From the NCBI GenBank assembly GCA_964248365.1, contig CAXTYC010000011.1, forward strand, positions 1 through 64,000: a stretch of 64,000 nt of DNA. Reading direction: 5' to 3'. The translations under genes were made by a program, and so were the position numbers. Position 1 is the stretch's first letter; every line of letters begins with the position of its first letter. This document shows, one piece after another, positions 31,338 to 42,400 of this stretch. Under the pieces are notes generated by a model. It did no database searches, was not told the origin of the DNA, and worked only from the letters and a program-made list of their open reading frames with translations. The stretch comes from an uncultured Chroococcidiopsis sp. Lineage in GTDB: Bacteria; Cyanobacteriota; Cyanobacteriia; Cyanobacteriales; Chroococcidiopsidaceae.

Positions 31338-31673
31338 TTAGTATCTGCCTTGATTTGGCTTGTGGACGATAAAGCTGAGGATTTGGCACTGCTTGATGTT
31401 ATCGAAACCAACTACACGAATGTAGCAGTTGGAATACTGAGAACGGCAAGATTGTACTTCGCTCAACACTTCTTGAGTGCTTCTAGCGTTGAACAAAGGT
31501 AGCTTCCACATTGTCCAGTAGAATTCTGTTGGATCAGACTTTTCGTTAAACTCAATCGCTGGAATATAACCCTGATTTAAAATGTACTGGATCTGCTTGG
31601 CTATTTGAGCATCGCTGAGGGGAGGTAGATAGGATAGAGTTTCGTACCGACGCTCTTTTGGTAGAGTTTGCAT
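31338..31673 (-). CDS. rbcS: Rubisco small subunit
   Basis: [27 protein letters not shown]. Confidence 0.99.
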   Translation of the reverse strand: MQTLPKERRYETLSYLPPLSDAQIAKQIQYILNQGYIPAIEFNEKSDPTEFYWTMWKLPLFNARSTQEVLSEVQSCRSQYSNCYIRVVGFDNIKQCQILSFIVHKPNQGRY

Positions 31674-31723
31674 AACTTACAAAGATGTGTTTTGCTTTTG
31701 TGACTTCGATTTACAATTGGGGG

Positions 31724-32134
31724 CTAACTGGATAGGTTATCCAAATTAGTCTCGGAGGTGGATTGCTGTTCGGGATTAGAGCTGGGGGTGGATATATCCA
31801 GTTGCGTGATTCGCTCTAGATGCTGCTTACGGTGTTCCATGTTCGCTTGTTGAATTCCAGCCAGAACCATTTCTGGCAAGAATTCAACTACTTCCTGCGC
31901 TAAGTGTTCCCTGACAATCATGATCCTTAAAGCCAAATCTGGCTTTTCTTGGAACAGGCTTTTAAGGTATGCTTCTCCATCCTGAATTTTGTCTCTTGAG
32001 GAAAAGCGATGCAGCCAAAGTGCCAAAGGAGGATTGGTTTCGCTAATCTGAGCCAGAACAGTCCGCACTGCCTGATATGTCAGGTAGCTAGAGAGCGTCT
32101 TGGCTGTGTCTTTCGCAATTTGTTTTAGATCCAT
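31724..32134 (-). CDS. rbcX: Rubisco chaperone RbcX
   Basis: IAKDTAKTLSSYLTYQAVRTV; located between rbcL and rbcS. Confidence 0.98.
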   Translation of the reverse strand: MDLKQIAKDTAKTLSSYLTYQAVRTVLAQISETNPPLALWLHRFSSRDKIQDGEAYLKSLFQEKPDLALRIMIVREHLAQEVVEFLPEMVLAGIQQANMEHRKQHLERITQLDISTPSSNPEQQSTSETNLDNLSS

Positions 32135-32219
32135 GCCCCAGCCCCAGCCTTTTGAAGGATGAAGGATGAAGGATGAAGTAATTCTAATTCAGCCTTCAGC
32201 CTTCTCACTTCAGCCTTTA

Positions 32220-33650
32220 TTAGACGGTATCCATTGCCTCGAACTCGAACTTGATTTCCTTCCACAGTTCGCAAGCGGCTGCTAGTTCAGGACTCCACTT
32301 GCAAGCTTCACGGATCACGTCGTTACCTTCACGGGCGAGGCTGCGACCTTCGTTACGAGCTTGGATACAAGCTTCCAAAGCCACACGGTTAGCGGTTGCA
32401 CCAGGCGCGTTACCCCAAGGGTGTCCAAGTGTACCACCACCGAATTGTAGTACGGAGTCATCACCAAAGATTTCTACCAGTGCTGGCATATGCCATACGT
32501 GGATACCACCGGAAGCAACTGCCATTACACCTGGCATAGAAGCCCAATCTTGGGTGAAGTAGATACCGCGAGACTTGTCTTGCTCAACGTAGTTTTCACG
32601 CAATAGGTCAACGAAACCCATTGTAATACCACGCTCACCTTCGAGCTTACCTACAACGGTTCCGGTGTGGATGTGATCGCCACCAGACATCCGCAGAGTC
32701 TTAGCCAAAACACGGAAGTGAATACCGTGATTCTTTTGACGGTCGATTACGGCGTGCATAGCACGGTGGATGTGCAGCAACAAACCGTTGGCGCGACACC
32801 AGTGAGCCAAGGTTGTGTTGGCTGTGAAACCTGCTGTTAGGTAGTCGTGCATAATGATGGGCATTTTGAGTTCTTTAGCGAACTCAGCCCGCTGCAACAT
32901 TTGTTCGCAGGTGGGGGCGGTGACGTTGAGGTAGTGTCCTTTGATTTCACCTGTTTCTGCTTGTGCCTTGTGGATCGCGTCAGCTACAAACAGGAAGCGA
33001 TCGCGCCATCTTTGGAATGGTGCTGAGTTGATGTTTTCGTCGTCTTTGGTGAAGTCCAAACCACCGCGCAGACACTCATATACAGCGCGTCCGTAGTTCT
33101 TAGCAGACAAACCTAGTTTGGGTTTGATCGTGCAACCGAGTAAGGGACGACCGTATTTATTTAACTTGTCGCGCTCAACTTGGATACCGTGAGGAGGACC
33201 TTGGAATGTCTTCAGGTAAGCTACAGGAATCCGCAAGTCTTCTAGACGCAGAGCGCGTAGAGCTTTGAAACCAAATACGTTACCTACAATCGAGGTCAAC
33301 ATATTGGTAACGGAGCCTTCTTCAAACAGATCCAGGGGATAGGCAACGTAGCAAATAAACTGGTTGTCGTCGCCAGGAACTGGTTCAATATCGTAACAAC
33401 GACCTTTGTAGCGATCTAGGTCGGTCAGCAAGTCAGTCCATACGGTTGTCCAAGTACCAGTAGACGATTCTGCTGCTACTGCTGCTCCAGCTTCTTCGGG
33501 GGGAACTCCTGGCTGAGGAGTGACGCGGAATGCCGCCAAGATATCTGTATCTTTTGGTGTGTAATCTGGGGTGTAGTAAGTTAGTCTGTAATCCTTAACC
33601 CCTGCCTGATACCCAGTTTTGGTCTGAGTCCTTGTTTGAGCGTAAGACAT
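32220..33650 (-). CDS. rbcL: Rubisco large subunit, form IB
   Basis: [11 protein letters not shown] active-site motif; start MSYAQT at ATG 33650 (476 aa). Confidence 0.99.
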   Translation of the reverse strand: MSYAQTRTQTKTGYQAGVKDYRLTYYTPDYTPKDTDILAAFRVTPQPGVPPEEAGAAVAAESSTGTWTTVWTDLLTDLDRYKGRCYDIEPVPGDDNQFICYVAYPLDLFEEGSVTNMLTSIVGNVFGFKALRALRLEDLRIPVAYLKTFQGPPHGIQVERDKLNKYGRPLLGCTIKPKLGLSAKNYGRAVYECLRGGLDFTKDDENINSAPFQRWRDRFLFVADAIHKAQAETGEIKGHYLNVTAPTCEQMLQRAEFAKELKMPIIMHDYLTAGFTANTTLAHWCRANGLLLHIHRAMHAVIDRQKNHGIHFRVLAKTLRMSGGDHIHTGTVVGKLEGERGITMGFVDLLRENYVEQDKSRGIYFTQDWASMPGVMAVASGGIHVWHMPALVEIFGDDSVLQFGGGTLGHPWGNAPGATANRVALEACIQARNEGRSLAREGNDVIREACKWSPELAAACELWKEIKFEFEAMDTV

Positions 33651-33777
33651 AATTCCCTTCCAAGAAGTCACTCTCTTCCACTTGCTAAAATCGCAAGTTT
33701 TTCTTGCTTACTAGCAAGTTCTTCACAATAATATCAAGATTCAGATAAGTTATTCTTCGATAGTTTTTAATTTACCT

Positions 33778-33792
33778 ATAAGTTTTATTTAT
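33778..33792. promoter_or_regulatory. Putative LysR (CmpR/CbbR-type) site upstream of rbcL
   Basis: ATAA-N7-TTAT (T-N11-A dyad) in an AT-rich region; could be chance. Confidence 0.35.
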
Positions 33793-34091
33793 TTTATGTT
33801 AAATATCGTTAAAATCAGTTATAGTTATTTAAATAAATTAACAATAAAAGAGTTAAAATTGTGTATGAGCAGCCTGTAATGACTAAATGTTCGTTGTAAT
33901 GTTACAAACGCTTAAAATAATTTAACTTATACTTACATATTGCAGCAAAAGAAGTTTATTGCAAATCTCGCCTTTGAACTTCCTTTCAAAGAACCAAAGC
34001 TCAAGTTCATTAAAATAAACGAGAAAGGCATTCCAAAGCTACTGGTTCCTTGGGTTTAAACTCCTGGCGGGTGCGACTAAATAAAACTGAT

Positions 34092-34865
34092 ATGGCAGTT
34101 ACAACCTGGCAATTGATGCAATTGAAACAACAAGGTCGCCCAATTGTGGCTTTGACAGCTTGGGACTATGCCACAGGTCGATTATTGGATGCAGCTGGAG
34201 TAGATTTAATTTTGGTGGGGGATACTTTGGCAGTGATGCTGGGGTATGAAACGACGCTACCAGTAACACTGGAGGAAATAATTCACCATGCTTCATCTGT
34301 GCGTCGAGGTGTGAAACGAGCTTTATTAGTGGTAGATTTGCCGTTTTTGACTTATCAGGAAAGCAGTGGGCAAGCAATGCATTCGGCTGGTAGGGTGTTG
34401 AAAGAAACAGGCGCGCAAGCGGTGAAGTTGGAAGGGGGATACCCTGCGATCGCTCACACTGTGGAGCAATTAGTACAAGCTGGTATTCCCGTGATGGGGC
34501 ATATTGGTTTGACTCCCCAATCTATACATCAGATGGGGTTACGACAGCAGGGAAAGACACCACTAGCAGAAAAGAGGATTTTAGAACAAGCGATCGCCCT
34601 CGAACAAGCGGGAGCTTTTAGCATAGTATTAGAACATATGCCAGCCGAGTTAGCTTCCCAGATTAGTCAAAAGTTGACAATTCCTACTATTGGTATTGGT
34701 GCAGGACCCTACTGCGATGGTCAGGTATTAGTTACTTCTGATTTGCTAGGTTTGTCTGAACGGCAACCACCGTTTGCTAAAGTATATGTAAATTTAAGTG
34801 AAGCAATTACTCAGGCTGTACAAAGTTATGCTGTTGAGGTGCGAGAGCATAAGTTTCCAAAATAG
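34092..34865 (+). CDS. panB: Ketopantoate hydroxymethyltransferase
   Basis: [35 protein letters not shown] 34092. Confidence 0.97.
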   Translation: MAVTTWQLMQLKQQGRPIVALTAWDYATGRLLDAAGVDLILVGDTLAVMLGYETTLPVTLEEIIHHASSVRRGVKRALLVVDLPFLTYQESSGQAMHSAGRVLKETGAQAVKLEGGYPAIAHTVEQLVQAGIPVMGHIGLTPQSIHQMGLRQQGKTPLAEKRILEQAIALEQAGAFSIVLEHMPAELASQISQKLTIPTIGIGAGPYCDGQVLVTSDLLGLSERQPPFAKVYVNLSEAITQAVQSYAVEVREHKFPK

Positions 34866-34946
34866 TGGCTAGTGGAATCGGTGAATTTTGGATTTCGGAG
34901 CCTTGGATTAAAATTTCTCCCTTGCCCCTGAAGCTCCCTTACTCCC

Positions 34947-35010
34947 TTACGGGCGGGTTGATCAGACATACTTGTGAACAAACAGATAACTTGTTTAAAC
35001 CCGCTTCTAC
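34947..35010 (-). repeat. GTAG-ended element overlapping the NRPS3 stop codon
   Basis: Minus strand reads gtagaagcgggtttaaac...caacccgcccgtaa; its TAG (35009-35007) is the stop. Confidence 0.65.
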
Positions 35011-38000
35011 CTAGTCCCTGCTAAATACTTGTGCAACTGTTGAGCAAGTACCTGAACATGGGGCTTTCTGAGCATAGTCAGGTGATTACCAGGAATGAAG
35101 TGAACTTGTACACCGGACGACGTTGCTAGTTGGCTCCAGCCTAAAGTTGAATCATCAGATTTCTTTTGTGCAAGACTTGTTCTAAATAGAGCGATCGCAT
35201 TTGGGTAAGGTTGAGGTACGTACTTCAAGGTAGCTTCGCTATTGGCATAAAAAATCCTCATTAACCGATGAATAGTTAGCTCGTCCATCATTCGTAAAAG
35301 TGTTTCCTGGGGAATGAGATGGTTAATGGTTGCTCGTTCTAAGGAGGATAGCCATGTGTGAGGAGTAATAATTTTCTTGCTAATTAGTGACCAGTAATCC
35401 AGCAAGAACGGATAAATAGAGCGGGTTACTGTAGTTAGGAGAAACTTTAAACCATCGCACAACGAAAGTTGATTGCTGGCGACAGGAGCTAGGGTATCTA
35501 ATATTGCCAGCATCACTTGCTCTCCTGCTCGGTGTAACTGTTGCGCCATCTCATATGCCACTAAACCGCCAAAAGACCAGCCACCTAGTTGATAAGGTCC
35601 TTGCGGCTGCACCATCCGCAATGCTTTGATGTAGTGACTAGCCATATCCTCAATGCTAGTTAATGGTGAATGCAAACCGTCTATACCGTAGGGTTGCAGT
35701 GCGTAGAATGGCTGATCGGTTCCTAAATGATACGCGATCTCGTAGTAGGGTAAAACAACGCCAAAGATGGGATGGACGCAGAAAAATGGTGGTTTGTCAC
35801 CCGCGCTCTGGAGCGCTACTAAGGGAGACCACGTTAGGGGATCTTGGTTAGGATTTTCATGCTTGTCAATCAGAGGGGCAAATTGCTCAATGGTAGGTTT
35901 AGCAAATAGGTCAGATAAGGGCAAGTTTTGCTCAAATTGTTGATTTATCTGCTCTAATAAGTGGATTGCTTGTAGGGAATCTCCACCCAATTCAAAAAAA
36001 TTATCCTGTATTCCCACTTGCTCAAGCTTAAGGATCTTTGCCCAAAGCGAGGTCAAAGATGCTTCATTTGCAGTTCGAGGAGCAATCAAGGAACGATCTA
36101 TGTTACCAATAATCGGTTTTTTTAAGGCACTTCGATCTACTTTGCCACTAGGAGTCAGTGGTAGGCACGACAGTACTACAAAAGCTGAAGGAATCATGTA
36201 ATCTGGTAATTTTTCCTTCAGAAAGCTCCTCAGCTGGGCGGTTGTCAGTGTTAAATCTGAATTGAAGACCAGATAGGCTACTAGTTGTTTATTGCCATCA
36301 TCTTCACAGGCTATAATGTGGGCTTCTCGTACTGCTGGATTTTGGCATAATAGGCTTTCAATTTCTCCCAATTCAATACGGTAGCCGCGAATTTTAACTT
36401 GATAATCCAGCCGACCTAAAAATTCAAGATTGCCGTCGGGAAGGTAGCGGACTAGATCTCCGGTTTTATACAAGCGGGTAGGAGAAGGAGGGGGAGATGA
36501 GGGGATAAGGGGATGGGGAGACATTTCTACTCTCCCACTCTCCCCCTCTCCCACTCTCCCACTCTCCCACTCTCCCAAGAAGGGATTGGGAATAAATCGT
36601 TGTGCTGTTAAGTCTGGCTGATTGAGGTAGCCTCGTGCTAAACCTACTCCACCAATGTATAATTCACCTGGAATACCGATCGCAACAGGTTGGAGATGAG
36701 CATCAAGAACGTAGATTTGAGTGTTGGCGATCGCTCTCCCAATTGAGGATTTGTTGCTACTATCAGTTACACAAGCAACGGTAGACCAAACAGTTGTTTC
36801 CGTTAGTCCGTAGGCATTGAACAAGCGCCTCCCACCTGCCCAATGAGCCATGTCTGGTGAATAAGCCTCCCCCGCAGAAATCAAAGTTTGCAGTTGGGGC
36901 AATTGTGTCGGTGGTAAAGTCTTTAGTACGGCAGGCGGAAGGGTAGCATGGGTAATGGCGTGATGCCGTAGATAGGAAATCAATGCAGATCCTAAACGTG
37001 CTTCTTCTGGTATTAGGTAGAGTGTTGCACCTACGCCCCATGCCATGAGAATCTCAAAGATGGAGGCATCAAAGCCCAGTGAGGCAAATTGTAGAATACG
37101 GTGTTCTGGTTTGGTATCGAAGGTTTGTATCTGTGCTTGAGCTACATTGCACAGTCCAAGATGTTCGACCAAAACTCCTTTGGGTTGTCCGGTTGAGCCA
37201 GAAGTGTAAATTACATAGGCGAGATTTGTGGATGTTACGCCACTGATCGGATTTTCCCCGCTTTGTTGTGCGATGATTGGACGAGCGCGATCAAGGCAAA
37301 TTAATTGACAATTTTTACAATAGAGGTTATAATCTGCGGCTGATTCGTTAGAATCGTAATCCGCCCAGAAATTAATTTCCGAGCTAATAGCACAAGTGGG
37401 TTCAAACCTACTAGAACACGGATCGTTTGTTGGTTTTAATTGAAGGAAGCTATGAGACAGGGAATTTATTCCTTGTCTTTCATGGAAGGGGAATAGGGGG
37501 GCTAAGGATTGTTGCGTTAGCAGGATAGATACTTGGGAATCCTCTAACATGAACTTCAGGCGTTGGGGTGGATAGGTAGGATCTAAGGGTACGTAGGCTC
37601 CTCCAGCTTTGAGAATTCCTAAAATGCCCACTATCATCTCTATGGAACGCTCGATACAAATGCCGACTTTAACCTCTGGCGCTACTCCAAGTTTTTGCAA
37701 ATAGTCTGCTAGTTGGTTACTGCGACGATTCAATTCAAGATAGGTTAGTTGCTCATCTTGATAAACAGCTGCGATCGCGTTGGGGGTATTATTTACCTGT
37801 TCCTCAAATAATTGATGGATACACTGGGGGAGGCAGTAGGGAGTAGGGAGTAGCTCGAAAAACGAGATGTGGTTTCCTCTGCTCGGAACTTCGTAAGAGA
37901 GGGAGTAGGGATTTTCTTGACTATTGGCTCCCCGCTGATTCGTGTTGTTCCACTCAACTAGCAACTGATGGCGTTCGGTTGCTGTCAAGATTGGTAAACT

Positions 38001-39326
38001 TGCCAGTCTTTGATCGGGATTAATCACAATTCCTTCTAGCAGGGTTTGGAAATGTCCCAGCATTCGGGTGATGGTGCTGTGATCAAAAAGATCGGTACTA
38101 TAAATTACTTGCCCTTTCAACCCATTTGGGCTTCGCCACAGATGAAACTCTAGATCTAACCTGCTAGTACCGTTGTCAAACTCAAACTGACTCAAAGCTA
38201 GTCCAGGTAGCTCTAAAGCGGTAATCGGTGTGTTTTGCAAAGCGATCGCCACACAGAACAAAGGATGTCTGCTTGTTTCCCGCAGGGGGTGGAGTTCCTG
38301 CACTAACTTCTCGAAAGGCAAATCCTGATGAGCGATCGCTCCTAGTGTCACCTCGCGCACTCGTTTCAACAGTTCCCTAAACGTAGGGTTGCCAGATAAA
38401 TCTGTCCGTAGCACTAAACTATTGACAAAAAAACCGATTAATGGTTCTATCTCAGCACGATTGCGGTTGGCTATGGGTGATCCAACAGCAATATCTTCTT
38501 GCCCTGTGTAACGATATAACAACGTTTGAAATGCTGCCAGCAGGATCATGAACAGAGTCACGCCCTCTTGACTTAGTTCCTCCAGGGTTGCCGTTAGGCT
38601 AGTTGACAACTCAAAATTTTGGGTTGCGCCTCGGTAGCTAGGCTGGGCAGGTCGAGAATGGTCAGTGGGGAGATTTAAAATTGGAAGATCGGCTAGTTGC
38701 GATCGCCAGTAGGATAGTTGTGACTCTAGTACTTCCCCTTGCAACAATGAGCGTTGCCAGTGGGCGAAGTCAGCATATTGGATAGGCAGAAGAGGCAAAG
38801 GGGAAGGTTTGCCTGCATTGAAGGCAGCGTAAAGAGTGCCAATTTCTCGCACCAGAATGCCAATTGACCAACCATCGGCAATGATGTGGTGTAGATTCAA
38901 CAGCAGGATATAGTCAAATGCATCTATTTGGAATAATGTCAACCGTAGCAGAAGGTCTGCGCCCAGATTGAAGCTATGTTGTGAAGAGGCGATCGCTTGT
39001 TGTCTTGCTGCTGCTTCGCGCTCACTTGCGGGTAAATAACGTAAGTCTACAATCGGCAGAGATACACTTGCTTCCTCCACAATCACTTGATTGAGTTGTC
39101 CCTGGGTCATTTCAAAGGTTGTCCGTAAAACTTCGTGACGGCGCACAATTTCGTTAAATGTTTGCTCTAGGGCAGTAATATTGAGGTGTCCAGTTAGGCG
39201 AATAGCCGCGGATATGTTGTAAAAGGGATTTCCAGGCGCTAAGGAGTTAAGAAACCAAAGTCGCTGCTGAGCGAACGATGCAGGAAACACGAATTCATTG
39301 TTCAAGACAGAGCTGTTAGAAGTCAT
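35007..39326 (-). CDS. NRPS3: C-A-T-TE termination module
   Basis: HHIIADGWS; YTSGSTGQPKG; LYKTGD; GGDSL; GWSFG thioesterase; start taken at ATG 39326 (upstream track extension is STRR sequence). Confidence 0.95.
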   Translation of the reverse strand: MTSNSSVLNNEFVFPASFAQQRLWFLNSLAPGNPFYNISAAIRLTGHLNITALEQTFNEIVRRHEVLRTTFEMTQGQLNQVIVEEASVSLPIVDLRYLPASEREAAARQQAIASSQHSFNLGADLLLRLTLFQIDAFDYILLLNLHHIIADGWSIGILVREIGTLYAAFNAGKPSPLPLLPIQYADFAHWQRSLLQGEVLESQLSYWRSQLADLPILNLPTDHSRPAQPSYRGATQNFELSTSLTATLEELSQEGVTLFMILLAAFQTLLYRYTGQEDIAVGSPIANRNRAEIEPLIGFFVNSLVLRTDLSGNPTFRELLKRVREVTLGAIAHQDLPFEKLVQELHPLRETSRHPLFCVAIALQNTPITALELPGLALSQFEFDNGTSRLDLEFHLWRSPNGLKGQVIYSTDLFDHSTITRMLGHFQTLLEGIVINPDQRLASLPILTATERHQLLVEWNNTNQRGANSQENPYSLSYEVPSRGNHISFFELLPTPYCLPQCIHQLFEEQVNNTPNAIAAVYQDEQLTYLELNRRSNQLADYLQKLGVAPEVKVGICIERSIEMIVGILGILKAGGAYVPLDPTYPPQRLKFMLEDSQVSILLTQQSLAPLFPFHERQGINSLSHSFLQLKPTNDPCSSRFEPTCAISSEINFWADYDSNESAADYNLYCKNCQLICLDRARPIIAQQSGENPISGVTSTNLAYVIYTSGSTGQPKGVLVEHLGLCNVAQAQIQTFDTKPEHRILQFASLGFDASIFEILMAWGVGATLYLIPEEARLGSALISYLRHHAITHATLPPAVLKTLPPTQLPQLQTLISAGEAYSPDMAHWAGGRRLFNAYGLTETTVWSTVACVTDSSNKSSIGRAIANTQIYVLDAHLQPVAIGIPGELYIGGVGLARGYLNQPDLTAQRFIPNPFLGEWESGRVGEGESGRVEMSPHPLIPSSPPPSPTRLYKTGDLVRYLPDGNLEFLGRLDYQVKIRGYRIELGEIESLLCQNPAVREAHIIACEDDGNKQLVAYLVFNSDLTLTTAQLRSFLKEKLPDYMIPSAFVVLSCLPLTPSGKVDRSALKKPIIGNIDRSLIAPRTANEASLTSLWAKILKLEQVGIQDNFFELGGDSLQAIHLLEQINQQFEQNLPLSDLFAKPTIEQFAPLIDKHENPNQDPLTWSPLVALQSAGDKPPFFCVHPIFGVVLPYYEIAYHLGTDQPFYALQPYGIDGLHSPLTSIEDMASHYIKALRMVQPQGPYQLGGWSFGGLVAYEMAQQLHRAGEQVMLAILDTLAPVASNQLSLCDGLKFLLTTVTRSIYPFLLDYWSLISKKIITPHTWLSSLERATINHLIPQETLLRMMDELTIHRLMRIFYANSEATLKYVPQPYPNAIALFRTSLAQKKSDDSTLGWSQLATSSGVQVHFIPGNHLTMLRKPHVQVLAQQLHKYLAGTR
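37361..37478. repeat. In-frame degenerate copy of the 6080-6243 multi-hairpin element within the NRPS3 A domain
   Basis: ccgcccagaaattaatttccgagctaatagcacaagt...agctatgagacagggaatttattccttgtct parallels the reverse complement of 6103-6220 (gggctaatagctcaagt). Confidence 0.6.
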
Positions 39327-39401
39327 AGTAATTCGTAATTCGTAATTCGTAATTGTCCCCTTGTCCCCTTGTCCCCACAGCGAACCCTCTCCCACTCTCC
39401 C

Positions 39402-42400
39402 CTACTCCCTCTTTGGGTTGAGTGAAGAGCGTAGGCGGCGATGAGCATCACGAGAAAGAGGAACAATCCCTGGATCTTGTTGTTTTACCTGCACAGTTTG
39501 TAATTCTTCAATAACTTTGGCAAGTGGGGCGATCGCTTTTTCTTCAAACACACTGCGTAAAGGTAACTCTACACCGAAGGCATCGCGGATACGGGAGATG
39601 AGCAAAGTTGCTAGTAGTGAATGTCCCCCAAGATCAAAGAAGTTGTCATGAATCCCCACGCGCTTGATTCCTAGTAGATCAGCCCAAATACTTGCCAATT
39701 TCTGCTCAATGGGCGATCGCGGTGCAGCAACATCCCCCCAATCTCTTTTCACCAAGAAGGGTGCACTTAGCGCACGACGGTTAACTTTGCCGTTGGCACT
39801 CAGAGGTAGTGCGTCCAACACCACAAAGGCAGAAGGAACCATATATTCAGGTATATTTTGCTCTAAGTAACTTTGTAGTTGGGACGGAAGGTGACGAGCG
39901 AACTGTGCCTGTAAAGGATTATTTGCATAAGTTTCCCAAGCACGAGCTGACACCTGCTCTTGTAATTGCCCTAACACAATCCTTTTTGTTACAGATTGGG
40001 GAAGAAAAATTACATCATAAGAACCTGTGGTATCTGCATTTGACCAACTCACGTCAACTGTATAAGGTAGTTCGGCGGCTAGGTTCCACCAATCTTGTGG
40101 ATCAATGGCTGATTGTGCAAGCGGATGTAGCGCATCGCGCATTTGACCTGCGGTTTTAGGTGCTTCCGTTTCTGTCAACAACCATTCTGCCGTTTTGACT
40201 GCTGCAATGACACGGGCATTCGGAATTCCTGTGATCTTAAGTACAGATGGTTGAGTTTCAACTAGATGCTGACGCACCTTTACCATGCTCAAATTGTCCC
40301 CAGTCCAATTTAGTTGATCCCCCCTTTCCCCTTTGCCTTTTCCCTGCTCCCCTGGAGCTTCAATATGCAAAATCACGTTATAGCGAAACTGAGTCAATTC
40401 ATTGTGATATCGACCTGGTGTAAGCAGAACTTGAACATGACTAATTCTTTTCAAGCGCTGTTTTAAGGCGTGAAAGAAAGCCGGATCGATTACTAGTTCC
40501 GTTTCCTGAAATATCGCCCCTCTAAGTTGCTGCTGCAACTGCTCTCGACTAACAGTACTGTCTGCTTGATGTAATGCAACCGCAGCATGGAAAGCTGACA
40601 GCAGGGGTAGACTTCGCACATCTCCAATAAAGACAAAGCCACCAGGTCTGGCAGTATCAATTGCACACTCAAGTACTTGCAGTAGATAATCCAGGCTAGG
40701 AAAGTACTGCACAACCGAATTGAGAACGATCGCATCAAAGGTGTTTGCTTCTATACCTTCAAAGTCAGTCGCCATTTTCTCAAGCAACTTTACCCCAGGA
40801 ATTGCCCTGGTTGCTAATTGCTGCTCAAGGTATTGGATGGACACTGGTGAAAAGTCAGTTGCCCAGTACTGAGCGCAGTGTGGTGCAATTTGAAACAGCA
40901 GTAAACCTGTACCGCAACCAATTTCTAATACTCGCAGGGGCTGCAAAGCCAAAATCTGCTCTACGCGATCGCTCACCCATTGTCGCATTTCCAGGGCTGG
41001 TATGGGTTGACCTGTATAGCTACTATTCCAGCCTACAATATTGAAAGTAGAATCGCGCTCGATATCGGACTGGCGATAAGTCTGATCGTAGAGATTTTGC
41101 CAAGTCCTAATCTGCTCATTAGACAATAATTCTCGTTCCTGAGTGTAGTCCTGATTTGGTACAATGTAAGCGATGATGCGCTGATCTGATTGGTTCTCGT
41201 GGGAGCGAGCGATCGCCACCGCTTCTCGTACTGTCGGATGTTGACGCAATAATGCTTCAATCTCGCCTAACTCAATCCGAAAGCCCCGAATCTTCACCTG
41301 ATCGTCAATGCGACCAACAAATTCAATATTTCCATCGGGAAGATAGCGGGCGAGATCTCCGGTTTTGTAAAGACGCTCGAAAGGATGAAGTGTAAAGGAT
41401 GAAGAAGGAAGTGAATTTTCTGTTTCATCCTTCATACTTCCTTCTTCAGCCTGTGTGAAGGGATTGGGAATAAATCGCTCGTGGGTTAATTCAGGACGGT
41501 TCAAATATCCTCGCGCCAGTCCATCACCACCAATGTACACCTCACCAACTACGCCAATCGGCACAGGTTGAAGGTGAGCATCTAGCAGGTAAATTTGAGT
41601 ATTAGCGACAGGACGACCAATGGAGGGCTTGTCATAATTGTTACCGGAAGCCGCGCTAATTGGGGCAACGGTTGCCCAAATTGTTGCTTCTGTTGGTCCA
41701 TAGGCGTTGAAAAAGCGACGATTTACAGCCCATTGCTTCACAATCTCGTTAGAACAAGCTTCACCGCCAGAAATGACCGTTTGCAGAGTTGGCAATTGTG
41801 CTGCTGGTAAAACTGCCAAAACCGCAGGGGGGAGTATAGTAGTGTCGATCGCCTTTGATTGCAAGAAATGAACTAATTCAGATCCAGGTAAACGGGCTGA
41901 TTTGGGAGGAATATGAAGGCTAGCACCAACTCCAAACGCCAACCACATCTCGAATATGGATGCATCAAAACCCAATGAGCTAAATTGCAGAATGCGATTT
42001 TGTGGTTGCATTTTGAAGGCACGAATTTGAGCTTCGATTACATTACAAAGCCCTCGATGCTCTACTAAAACGCCTTTTGGTTTTCCAGTTGACCCAGAAG
42101 TATAAATGACGTAAGCTAGGTTATTTGCTGTTACACGGATATTTAGAGTTTGCTCGCTGTAGGTGGCGATGGTTTCCCAATCAGTATCTAGGCAAATCAA
42201 TTTTAGATTTACGAATTGGGGTTTCCCCTCAAAAAGCGAAGCTAGCGATCGCTGTGTCAGGATAATTTTTACCCCAGTATCTTCTAGCATAAATGCGAGG
42301 CGATCGCTGGGATAATTTGGCTCAAGAGGTACATAAGCTCCCCCAGCCTTCAAAATCCCCAGTATACCTACTACCATATTGAGCGAAGGCGAGATACAAA

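Noticed and set aside
34092..34865. panB as a dedicated NRPS cluster gene (pantetheine supply)
   Set aside because: It is a housekeeping gene in convergent orientation; adjacency alone is insufficient
37300..37500. Intein or intron in the NRPS3 A domain
   Set aside because: Too short, lacks intein splice-junction motifs, and is explained by the hairpin repeat family
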